Notes under the pieces: generated by a model
Database searches by the model: none
Told to the model about the DNA's origin: nothing
What the model saw: the letters and a program-made list of their open reading frames with translations, nothing else
NCBI GenBank assembly: GCA_050693035.1
Contig: JBOGWB010000086.1
Location: 1,640-65,639 of the forward strand
DNA length: 64,000 nt
Direction of reading: 5' to 3'
DNA from: Actinomycetota bacterium
Lineage (GTDB): Bacteria > Actinomycetota > UBA4738 > CALAEC01
Part shown: positions 14,930 through 24,361 of the stretch, piece after piece
Position numbering within the stretch: the first letter of the stretch is position 1
How the letters are laid out: every line of letters begins with the position of its first letter
Position numbers and translations under genes: made by a program

Positions 14930-15959
14930 GCTACACGAAGCCCTCGACCGGGCAGTCCGACATCTCGATCCGGACTCCGAGGCCCGGCTAGAGACCGTGC
15001 TTCGTCGAGGGGGTCTGCTGAGGTCACTCCGCCTGGGTACCGTAGGGGTGATTGTTGCCCTGTTCGTGGCGGGCGGGGGCTGGGGAGCCATCGAGTTCCA
15101 GCGCCACTGGAGGGTGACGCCTGTGGACCCCGCGGCGTGGCGCACGTATCGAGATTCACAGCTCGAGTGGTCCATGGCCCACCCGTCCGGCTGGCACCTG
15201 CAGACCTTCCATGACGAGTTCCGTGGCGGCACGTTCCGGGGCGCCCTGGTCTCCAACGTCGACTTCGAGTTCCGCCATCCGGACCTTGGGGAGGGCGGGC
15301 ACACGTCGGCCTGGGACATGCGGGGGCTTCCACCCCACGCCGTGGTGGTGCAATTCCAGGCCCTGGCACGGTTCGGGCTCCCAACCGAGCCGCCCGATGC
15401 CAAGTTCCCACTCTCGCTCGATGACGCTCAGCGGGTCCGCGACCGGCCGCCCTACGGGGCCCCTCAGCCTCGGCTGTTCCTGCCCTTGGGCGAGACCGGC
15501 TACGCCGTGTTCGCCTGGTTCGGCCCGGACGCCTCTGAGGGAGACCGGGAGATCGCCCGCCAGATCGTGGCCTCCATCACTTTCGGTGTGGCCCCGACCC
15601 CCGGCGCACCCGTCGAGAGCCCCACTCCGGAGCCGGTCTTCTTTCCGACGTGGGATACCTCGAGCGGAGTGCCGGATGCTCTCCTCGAGGGCGCCACGAT
15701 GGTCAGCCACGACGGCTGTCAGTTCGCCCGAGGAGGGACCACGACGCGTGATGTTCTGCTCGTCTGGCCCGAAGGTTTTCGATTCGAGGAGGGCCGAGTA
15801 CTCGACGCCTCCGGCCGTGAGGTCGCCACGGTGGGCGGTCCCTTCCGCTCCGGCGGAGGCTTCACCCAGCCCGATCACGCGGAGACTCTCATTGGTGAAT
15901 CCATTCCTGCTGCGTGTCGGAGTCCCGGCGAGACAGTCTGGCTCGTCGGAGACATCTAA
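14904..15959 (+). CDS. Sigma-associated single-pass membrane protein (putative anti-sigma factor)
   Basis: ATG 14904 with GGAGGGA upstream, overlapping the sigma gene by 26 nt. The N-terminus MSTDLRDPELHEALDRAVRHLDPD resembles that of ORF 8894. It has a TM helix (LGTVGVIVALFVAGGGWGAI) and an extracytoplasmic domain of about 280 aa. Confidence 0.5.
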   Translation: MSTDLRDPELHEALDRAVRHLDPDSEARLETVLRRGGLLRSLRLGTVGVIVALFVAGGGWGAIEFQRHWRVTPVDPAAWRTYRDSQLEWSMAHPSGWHLQTFHDEFRGGTFRGALVSNVDFEFRHPDLGEGGHTSAWDMRGLPPHAVVVQFQALARFGLPTEPPDAKFPLSLDDAQRVRDRPPYGAPQPRLFLPLGETGYAVFAWFGPDASEGDREIARQIVASITFGVAPTPGAPVESPTPEPVFFPTWDTSSGVPDALLEGATMVSHDGCQFARGGTTTRDVLLVWPEGFRFEEGRVLDASGREVATVGGPFRSGGGFTQPDHAETLIGESIPAACRSPGETVWLVGDI

Positions 15960-16022
15960 GTGATCGGCGCCAACCTGCATCGGTAGAGCTTGATATCCGG
16001 GCCGTCATAAGATTCGGGGCGC

Positions 16023-16928
16023 ATGGATAGTCAACCGCCCGCTTCACCTCCGGGTCCCCCGCCACCTCCCGCGGGAGGCCTACCTCCTCCGCCTCCGCCC
16101 CCGCCGCCCCCGTCGGTGCCGCCGGGCGAGCGCCCACTCACGCTCCAGCCCATGGGGATCGGCGAGCTCCTGGACGCCGCCATCAAGCTCTACCGGTCCC
16201 AGTGGAAGAGCCTGATGGCCATCGTGGCCATCCTCCTCTTGCCCATCACGTTCCTTCAGGCGTTCTTCACGCGAAGCCTGGGAGGCCCCTTCGCCACCCA
16301 GCCACCTGCCGCCTCTCCTACCGGGTTCGAAGGCGTGTTCGTGGCCGCCGTCATCCTCGGCGTGATCCAGTTCCTGTTCGTGCAGCCCTTCCTCACCGCT
16401 GCCGTCGCTCGGGCGTCTACCGACGCCTATCTCGGCAATCGCGTCCTCGTCGGACCGACCTTCCGCTTCGCTCTGTCGCGCGTCCACTCGATCCTCTGGA
16501 TCTCATTGCTGACGTCCCTGGCCGCGGTGGTGGGGTTCATCCTCCTCGTCATCCCCGGGATCATCGTCCTCGTGCGGTTCGCCTTCGGCTCCACGATCCT
16601 CGTCGTGGAGCGGCGGAAGGGCACCAAGGCGCTCGGTCGGTCCTGGGGGCTGGCGAAGGGGCACTTCTGGAGGCTCCTGGGCGCATTCCTTCTGGCCTTC
16701 ATCATGGCCGGTGTGGTGGCTTCCATCCTGTCCATCCCCGGCAACTTGGCCTTCTCGGCGGTAGGCCCGAGCGGGTGGCCCCTCGCTGCCCTGGGGGACT
16801 CTCTGGCGGCCATCCTCACCACGCCGTTCACGACCCTGATCACGGTGCTGCTCTATTTCGACCTGCGCATCCGCAAGGAAGCCTTCGACCTCGACGTGAT
16901 GGCGCAAGAGATCGCCTCCACGCGGTGA
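16023..16928 (+). CDS. Polytopic membrane protein with proline-rich N-terminus (first gene of MoxR-associated cluster)
   Basis: 301-aa ORF. The N-terminus contains a run of 10 consecutive Pro codons (nt about 16083-16112). Multiple TM helices follow (e.g. LMAIVAILLLPITFLQAFF, LAAVVGFILLVIPGIIVLV). The stop overlaps the next start (GTGA). Confidence 0.7.
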   Translation: MDSQPPASPPGPPPPPAGGLPPPPPPPPPPSVPPGERPLTLQPMGIGELLDAAIKLYRSQWKSLMAIVAILLLPITFLQAFFTRSLGGPFATQPPAASPTGFEGVFVAAVILGVIQFLFVQPFLTAAVARASTDAYLGNRVLVGPTFRFALSRVHSILWISLLTSLAAVVGFILLVIPGIIVLVRFAFGSTILVVERRKGTKALGRSWGLAKGHFWRLLGAFLLAFIMAGVVASILSIPGNLAFSAVGPSGWPLAALGDSLAAILTTPFTTLITVLLYFDLRIRKEAFDLDVMAQEIASTR

Positions 16929-17839
16929 GGAAGGCGTCCGCGTTCTTCGTCGCTCTCTTCACGCTGGGGATCGCCGGACCGGCATCCGCGCAATCCACGA
17001 TCCCGGCAGACGTGCTTGTCGACCGGCTCCTTCGGGCGGAGAGCCTTGCGGAGGGGGGCTCGTCGGACCCGTCGGGAGATCAGATGCTACGGGTCCGCCG
17101 GGCTCTCGGACTCCCCGTCGTGGTCGAGCTCCAGGGATGGACCGTTTCGGTCGCCCCCGACCCTGTCCTGGAGCGACTCGAGGGGAACGCCGCCGGGGAC
17201 TTCCAGCAAGCGGTTGCCCGCCTCAGGGCCCTGCGGAGAGCGGTCGACGCTGCGCTCGCCGCCGACCCCGTCGACCCCGACCGGGTCGAGGTGGCGCTCG
17301 ATGCCGCGTACAGCAGCGCCATCCAGGTCCGCCCCGGCCTCGTCGAGCGGATCCGGCGAGCCATCTCGGAGCTCACCCAAGGGCTGGCCTTCCGCCTGCT
17401 CACCTTCGTCGGGACCAGCACCGTGCTCGCGTGGGCGGTCCTGATCGCGTTGGGTGTCGGCGCCTTCTGGCTCCTTCGACGGCTCAGGTTGGTGCCCGAG
17501 CGGCAGTTGCCCCGGACACATGTCTCCACCCCAGCGGAGCTCGTCGATTGGAGACGGCGAGCGGAGGAGGCGATCCGCGCGGGTGACTTGAACGAGGCCA
17601 TCCGCGCGTTGTACCGAAGCCTTCTGGCCACCCTGTCCCGGCGGGGTCTCCTCGTGGAGGCTCCGGGGCTCACCGCCGGTGAGTGTCGGGCGGCCGTGCG
17701 CGCGGCACGACCCGCGCTGTTCGCTGCGGTGTCGCGGGCCACCGACTCGTTCGAGCGGGTCGCGTATGGGGGGGTCACGCCCGGGCCCAACGACGTGGAG
17801 GTCCTCCAGGAGGCCGAGGCCCTGGCGAGAGCGGCATGA
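16925..17839 (+). CDS. DUF4129-like domain protein (secreted/membrane-anchored)
   Basis: GTG 16925 in the frame of track ORF 16202-17839. Signal-like N-terminus VRKASAFFVALFTLGIAGPASAQ and a TM helix VLAWAVLIALGVGAFWLL. The C-terminal part LTAGECRAAV...FERVAYGGVTP is typical of DUF4129. Confidence 0.65.
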   Translation: MRKASAFFVALFTLGIAGPASAQSTIPADVLVDRLLRAESLAEGGSSDPSGDQMLRVRRALGLPVVVELQGWTVSVAPDPVLERLEGNAAGDFQQAVARLRALRRAVDAALAADPVDPDRVEVALDAAYSSAIQVRPGLVERIRRAISELTQGLAFRLLTFVGTSTVLAWAVLIALGVGAFWLLRRLRLVPERQLPRTHVSTPAELVDWRRRAEEAIRAGDLNEAIRALYRSLLATLSRRGLLVEAPGLTAGECRAAVRAARPALFAAVSRATDSFERVAYGGVTPGPNDVEVLQEAEALARAA

Positions 17840-18892
17840 GCCGGCGGGTCGTGGCGCTGTGGCTGGCGGTCGTGGTCCTCATCGGCGTGCTTCTGGTGCT
17901 CGTGCCTCGCGGGGAGTCCGCAGATGCCACCCTCGCGCTGCGGAGGTTCCTCGCCCACGCCGGCGTGAGGATCTCGGAGGGAGAGGCCCCCCCGGCACCC
18001 GGGGGAACGTTCGTGCTGTTGAGGGATCTGCGCGACGACGAGGACGCCCGGGCGCTGTTGCGGTGGGCGGCTCGGGGCGGCCGGCTGGTCGTGGCCGATC
18101 CCTCCTCGCCATCGTTCGCTTGTCCCGGGTCCGGCCGGCGAACCCGGTCGCGCTGGTCGGCCACAAGACCCTTGAGCCGGCGTGCATCGCCGAGGAGGTC
18201 GTGGGCGTCGGCCGCATCGTCGCCAGGGCCTCCGACTGGATGCTCGCTCCGGCGGAGCCCTTCGTCTCGTGCTTCCCCGCCGGCGAGGGCGGGTTCGTGC
18301 TGGTCCGCCACTACGGCCAGGGGAAGCTAGTTCTCGTCGGAGGAATCAGTGCATTCACCAACGAGGTCCTGCGCTCTCCGGACAACGCCCTGCTTGCCCT
18401 GAGGCTGATTGGTTCCGGGCCGGAGGTGGTGTTCGGGCCGCCGGTGCCCCGCGCGGCGGGCGGGCCATCGGGGAGTCTGTGGGCCGTGATTCCGGCGAGG
18501 GCCAAGGTCGTGATCATCGGGGTGGGCCTCGCTGCGCTGGCCTTTGCGCTGGTGCGGGGGCGGAGGCTGGGACGACCGGTCCTCGAGGAGCCGCTCGCAC
18601 CGATCCCCGCCAGCGAGCTGGTGCGGGCGACCGCGCGACTCTACCGTCGCGGCAGGACCGCCGGGTACTCCGGCCGGCTGATGCGGGAGGCGACCCGTGC
18701 ACGCATCGCCCGGCGCCTCGGCGTGGGAACGAATCCCGAGGAGGTCCCCGCCATCCTCGCCAGGATCACCGGGATGTCGCCCGACCGCCTCGGGGAGGCT
18801 CTGTCGGGGCCCGAGCCTTCCTCCGACGAGGAGCTGATCCGTCTCGGAAACCTCCTGCAGGAGGTCGAGAGCCGGGCGGCGGGAAGCGCACG

Positions 18893-18896
<4 letters not shown>
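17836..18896 (+). CDS. DUF4350-like membrane protein, interrupted by an apparent -1 frameshift near 18110 (pseudogene or sequence error)
   Basis: The N-terminal part (ATG 17836, ATGA overlap) reads MSRRVVALWLAVVVLIGVLLVLV...GGRLVVADPSSP in one frame. The rest (IVRLSRVRPANPVALVG...GKLVLVGGISAFTNEVL...VIIGVGLAALAFALV...) continues in the frame of track ORF 17679-18896. The total length of 1061 nt is not a multiple of 3. Confidence 0.55.
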
Positions 18897-19843
<947 letters not shown>

Positions 19844-19845
19844 CG

Positions 19846-21150
19846 ATGCACATCCGCCCCCGGGTGATCGCCGCCCTCGTGCTCGCCGGCGGGATCGCAT
19901 CGGTGCTTCCGGGGAACCCTTGGGTCGTCTTGGTCGTCGCGGCCAGCCTGGTGGTGGTGCTGGTGGCCCTAGACTCGTTGCTGGCGCCGCTTCCCGCCGA
20001 CTTCCGTCCCTCCCGCCGAGTTCCGGAGGTCCTGCGACTGGACCGGCCCGCCGACGTGATGGTGAGACTTCACAACCCCACGGCCAGGCGGCTCTCGATC
20101 GGGATTCACGACGCGGCCTCACCTTCCATGAGACGGAGCCCGACCCGACACCACGTGACGATGGATCCCGGCCAGTGGGTCGAACTCGAAGCGCGCGTGC
20201 ACCCCTCCCGCCGCGGCCGTGCCACGTTCGGCCCGATAACGCTCCGGACGGCCGGACCGCTGGGGCTCGCCGGGCGCCAGACCACGCTCCAGCTCACCGA
20301 CGAAGTCAAGGTCTATCCGTCCCTGCACGGCCGAGCCGAGGTCGAGCTCCGGTTCCAGCGGGCCCGTCTTCTCCAGACCGGGCAGCGATCCTCCGCGTTC
20401 CGAGGCGGGGGCAGCCAGTTCGATTCTCTGCGGGAGTACCGGCCGGACGACGAGTTCCGTCGGATCAACTGGCGGGCCACGGCCCGATCTCCCCGGCCCG
20501 TGGCGAACGAGTACCGGGAGGAGCACAACCAGCAGGTCGTCCTGCTCCTCGACGCCAGCCGGGCGACGGCGGGACAGGTGAAGGGGGTCTCCCGGCTCGA
20601 GCATGCCCTCGACGCCGCCATCGCCGTCGGCGATCTGGCCGCCAGGATCGGCGACCACGTCGGCGCGCTGGCCTTCGGACGGGAGGTCATGGCGATGGCG
20701 GAACCGCGCGGTGGCCGGACCCAGCCGCGCCGGATCCTCGACCTCCTGTTCGATCTCGAACCCAGCCTGGACGCGGCCAACTACCCACAGGCGTTCGCGA
20801 CGCTTCTCCGCCGGCACCGCCGGCGCGCCTGGCTCGTGTTGTTCACCGATCTCTCGGAGGAGTCCGTCCTCGAGCCGCTCCTCGGGGCCATCCCCGTGCT
20901 CGTTGCGCGGCACTTGCTCGTGGTGGCTTCCGTCCGAGACCCGGACGTGGAGGCCCTGGCCCTCTCGGTCCCTTCGACGTCAGAGGAGGCTTACGACAAG
21001 GCGGCCGCGGCGGGGTTCCTCAGCTGGCGGGAGGCTGCGGCCGTCAGGATCCGACGCCTCGGGGCAGTCACCATCGACAGCCGGCCGGGAGCCCTGGCGG
21101 CGGCCGTGGCCGACGAGTACCTGCGGATCAAGGCCCTGGGGCGGCTCTAG
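19846..21150 (+). CDS. DUF58 domain protein (vWA-like partner of MoxR)
   Basis: ATG 19846. Two N-terminal TM helices are followed by the DUF58 hallmark GGSQFDSLREYRPDDEFRRINWRATAR and a vWA-like VVLLLDASR segment. It sits immediately after moxR. Confidence 0.85.
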   Translation: MHIRPRVIAALVLAGGIASVLPGNPWVVLVVAASLVVVLVALDSLLAPLPADFRPSRRVPEVLRLDRPADVMVRLHNPTARRLSIGIHDAASPSMRRSPTRHHVTMDPGQWVELEARVHPSRRGRATFGPITLRTAGPLGLAGRQTTLQLTDEVKVYPSLHGRAEVELRFQRARLLQTGQRSSAFRGGGSQFDSLREYRPDDEFRRINWRATARSPRPVANEYREEHNQQVVLLLDASRATAGQVKGVSRLEHALDAAIAVGDLAARIGDHVGALAFGREVMAMAEPRGGRTQPRRILDLLFDLEPSLDAANYPQAFATLLRRHRRRAWLVLFTDLSEESVLEPLLGAIPVLVARHLLVVASVRDPDVEALALSVPSTSEEAYDKAAAAGFLSWREAAAVRIRRLGAVTIDSRPGALAAAVADEYLRIKALGRL

Positions 21151-22111
21151 AACGTGGGCGATCGCGTGCCGGCCGGGTGGGGGAGAACAGCAACGCGAGA
21201 TACCCGAGGGCCACGACGGCCCCGATGAGCACCTCTAGGAGGGGGAGGCCGGTGCGGCCGGTGACGAACCCTTCGATCGTGGCGGCCACGACGAAGGCGG
21301 GGATCACCCCGACCACCACCAGCACGGCATCCCTGGCCTCCTCCCCGAGAGCCGCAACCCGCGGCCTGTCTCCCGGCTCCACCACGGCCCACCCCATCCG
21401 GAGCCCGGCTCCACCGGCGATGCAGATGGCGATGATCTCCAGGAAGCCGTGGGGGAGCACCAAGGACCAGAAGGTCCAGGCTCTCCCGGCGGCCTGGAAC
21501 CCACCGGCGAGCAGGCCGATGAAGGTGGCGTTCTGCACGACAACCAGGACGGTTCCGATCCCCAGGGTGATGCCCAGCGCGAACGCCAGGAAAGCCACCT
21601 GAACGTTGTTCTGAAGGATCAGCGTGGACAGGGCGGCGGGGTTGAAGTCGAAGGGGCTTGCTCCTCGGCCGGCCTGGCGGATGGCCTCTCTGGCGCCGGG
21701 GGGCAGCAACCCGGCCCGAGCCTCGGGGGAGGTGGCCACCCACAGGTCGGTGGCCAGAGCCACCAGCACGAGGAGTCCGGCCACGACGGCGATGTGGGGA
21801 CGCGTCCTCCGGATGGCGTCCCGATAGCGCTCCCCGAAGAGCCGGCCGAAGGATCGGGCCGACGCGGGCCGCGCGAAGTAGATGGCGGCATGGGCCCGGG
21901 CGACGAGCGCATTGAGATAGCCCTCCAGGGCGGGATCGTGGTACCGGGTTTGGACCTCCGCCAGGTGGGACGAGGCACGGAGATACAGTCGAATGATCTC
22001 GGCGATCTCCTCCCCAGGCCGGTTCGCCAGGTTTCGGCTGCCGCCCCCGGAAGCATCCTCCAGTCGCTTCCACTCGACCCGATGCGTTTGGATGTACGAA
22101 TCCAGGTCCAC
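21128..22111 (-). CDS. SpoIIM/DUF95-family integral membrane protein
   Basis: 327-aa ORF. Motifs ILQNNVQVAFLAFALGITLG and LPHGFLEIIAICIAGGAGLRMG are typical of the stage II sporulation protein M-like family. Its 3' end overlaps the convergent DUF58 gene by 23 nt. Confidence 0.75.
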   Translation of the reverse strand: MDLDSYIQTHRVEWKRLEDASGGGSRNLANRPGEEIAEIIRLYLRASSHLAEVQTRYHDPALEGYLNALVARAHAAIYFARPASARSFGRLFGERYRDAIRRTRPHIAVVAGLLVLVALATDLWVATSPEARAGLLPPGAREAIRQAGRGASPFDFNPAALSTLILQNNVQVAFLAFALGITLGIGTVLVVVQNATFIGLLAGGFQAAGRAWTFWSLVLPHGFLEIIAICIAGGAGLRMGWAVVEPGDRPRVAALGEEARDAVLVVVGVIPAFVVAATIEGFVTGRTGLPLLEVLIGAVVALGYLALLFSPTRPARDRPRSRAAPGP

Positions 22112-22141
22112 GGCTCGGCAGTCTAGGCGAGGAGGAGGGCG

Positions 22142-22885
22142 ATGAGCAGAGCGGACCGGGCGATCACTCCCGAGGCGGTGGTCGTCACCGTCGATGTCGC
22201 TGGCCTCGGTTCGCGGATGATCGCGTGGCTTCTCGACTCGCTCATCCAGGCGGCCATCGTGATTCCCGTGATTATCGGCTTCGCCTTAGCTGATCTCGCC
22301 GGGACGGTCGAAGTAGTGGTCCTGTCGCTTCTGCTTTTCTTCATCATCTGGGGTTACTACCCGCTGTTCGAGTGGCTGTGGCGCGGGCGCACCCCGGGCA
22401 AGCGCGTCCAAGGACTTCGGGTCGTCCGGACGGACGGGCAGCCCGCGGGAGGCGCGGCCATCCTGGTTCGGAACCTCATCCGTATCGTCGACGTGGTCGC
22501 CTTCCCGTTCCTGGCGGTGATCGCGATGCTCGTAACGCACCGCGCTCAGCGCTTGGGGGATCTCGCCGCAGGGACGATGGTGGTCCGGGAGCACCGCGGT
22601 CTCGCCCCCCAACCGGTAGAGCTGCCGGAGCGTGCGGACCTGCCACCGGTCGACTCGACCGGGCTGTCCGAGCGCGAATACGATCTCATCCGGTCCTTCC
22701 TCGCCCGGCGCCACTCCCTGGACCGGTCGGCCAGAGACGCGCTCGCCGCGCGCCTGGCCACTTCGGTCCGAGAGCGAGTCGGGGCGGTTCCGCCCAGCCT
22801 CGACGACGAGTCGCTGCTCGAGGCGGCCGCCCGCTCATACCGACAGCGGTTCGGCGGGGGAGCGCCCGAGCGGACTACTTCTTGA
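22142..22885 (+). CDS. RDD-family membrane protein
   Basis: 247-aa ORF. RDD-like features: GSRMIAWLLDSLIQAAIV, WRGRTPGKRVQGLRVVRTDG, and RLGDLAAGTMVV near the end of the domain. Confidence 0.75.
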   Translation: MSRADRAITPEAVVVTVDVAGLGSRMIAWLLDSLIQAAIVIPVIIGFALADLAGTVEVVVLSLLLFFIIWGYYPLFEWLWRGRTPGKRVQGLRVVRTDGQPAGGAAILVRNLIRIVDVVAFPFLAVIAMLVTHRAQRLGDLAAGTMVVREHRGLAPQPVELPERADLPPVDSTGLSEREYDLIRSFLARRHSLDRSARDALAARLATSVRERVGAVPPSLDDESLLEAAARSYRQRFGGGAPERTTS

Positions 22886-23300
22886 CGACGAGCGTTCCCA
22901 CGATGATGTCGTGGAGGCCCTGCTTCCGCTGGGTGAAGGCGGCCATGATGAAGCCGATCAGCAGGATCAGCGCCGACAGGATCTTGGCGAAATAGCGGCC
23001 CGTGGCCCGGCCGAAGCCGATGCGGTTCCCGTCCAGGTCGGTGACCACGATCCCCAGGGCCATCTTCCCGACGGTCGCCTGGCGCGCGGAGCTCTCCATC
23101 AGGGCGAAGTAGAGCCACGAGATGGCCGTCGTCAGCGGGGAGAGCGTGGTCTGCTGTTGTTCGCGGGGAAACACCAGAAAGAGAGGCGCGAAGACGGCGC
23201 TGAGGATGATGAGGTCGAGCAGGTAGGCCGCGAACCTCCGCCAGAATCCCGCGTAGGCTGTGGGTTGTACGGTTGTGTCGCCCATCGGTTCCGCCGCCAT
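22875..23300 (-). CDS. RDD-family membrane protein (short)
   Basis: 141-aa ORF. Features: FWRRFAAYLLDLIILSAV, ATVGKMALGIVVTDLDGN, GLHDIIVGTLVV. It is convergent with, and overlaps by 11 nt, the other RDD gene. Confidence 0.75.
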   Translation of the reverse strand: MAAEPMGDTTVQPTAYAGFWRRFAAYLLDLIILSAVFAPLFLVFPREQQQTTLSPLTTAISWLYFALMESSARQATVGKMALGIVVTDLDGNRIGFGRATGRYFAKILSALILLIGFIMAAFTQRKQGLHDIIVGTLVVKK

Positions 23301-23416
23301 GACTCCCCCTGGTCGCTGGACGCCGTCATTGTGTGTCCGGGGGGGTGGGATGAGTCAAGGAAGGCTTGGTCTCCTCATACGGGAACATCTCGGGGGTACG
23401 GCTCGTCGAAGAGCCG

Positions 23417-24307
23417 ATGAGATCGAGACCATTCGGCAGGTTGGGGTCGGTGCTCGCTCTCGTGGCCCTGGCGGCCGCAGCCTGCGCCAGGATCACGGGG
23501 GGCGGGGGCAGCGACAGCAGGATCGAGTACCCGCGGGGCTCGGAGGACCTCGTGCTGCAGGTCCATTCGGGTGGCGGGTTCGTGCCCGTACACTGGCACC
23601 TCCGGGAACATCCCCACTTCTCCCTTTACGGCGACGGGCGGGTGATCACCCAGGGCCCCCAGATCGCCATCTTCCCCCCTCCCGCCCTTCCAGCGCTGCT
23701 GGAGCGACGTGTCTCCGACGAGGGGATCCAGGCCATCCTGCGGGCCGCGCGTGAGGCCGGACTCCACGGACGGGACCGGCGGTTCGAGGTCTTCGAGGTG
23801 ACCGACCTCCCCACCACCACCTTCACTGTCGTGACCGATGGACAGGCCCATGAGACCGCGGTGTACGGTCTCGGCGAGGTCCCCGACGACTTGCCGGTCG
23901 CGGATCGGGAGGAGCGACGGACGCTCTTCGAGTTCCAGTCCAAGCTGCTGGACCTGGAGTCGTGGCTGCCGGAGGGATCGGTGAGCCTCGATCGCCCGTA
24001 CGAATACGACCGGCTGAGGGTGTTCGTCGTACCGGCCGGCGAGGGCGGCGGTGACTACGGAGGGGACGAGGAGCTGCAGCCCTCGAGGATGGACTGGCCC
24101 CTGCCGGAAGCCCTCTCGGCCTTCGGCGAGCCCATGCCGAACACGCCGGACATCCGGTGTGGTGCGGTGGAAGGTCCCGACCTGAACGAGGTCCTGACGG
24201 CCGCCGGGAAGGCCAACGTCGAGACTCTCTGGAGGAGTGGGGGGACCGTCCACCTGATCGCGTTCGTTCCCCTCCTCCCCGGAGAGCCTCCCTGCCCCGA
24301 GCAGTAG
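23417..24307 (+). CDS. Lipoprotein of unknown function
   Basis: ATG 23417 within track ORF 23366-24307. Signal peptide and lipobox: MRSRPFGRLGSVLALVALAAAAC. I recognise no family. Confidence 0.6.
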   Translation: MRSRPFGRLGSVLALVALAAAACARITGGGGSDSRIEYPRGSEDLVLQVHSGGGFVPVHWHLREHPHFSLYGDGRVITQGPQIAIFPPPALPALLERRVSDEGIQAILRAAREAGLHGRDRRFEVFEVTDLPTTTFTVVTDGQAHETAVYGLGEVPDDLPVADREERRTLFEFQSKLLDLESWLPEGSVSLDRPYEYDRLRVFVVPAGEGGGDYGGDEELQPSRMDWPLPEALSAFGEPMPNTPDIRCGAVEGPDLNEVLTAAGKANVETLWRSGGTVHLIAFVPLLPGEPPCPEQ

Positions 24308-24361
24308 CCCCGGAAGTCTCGGGCGACGAGGCGATCGCATCCCCCTGGTAGCCTCTCCGCC

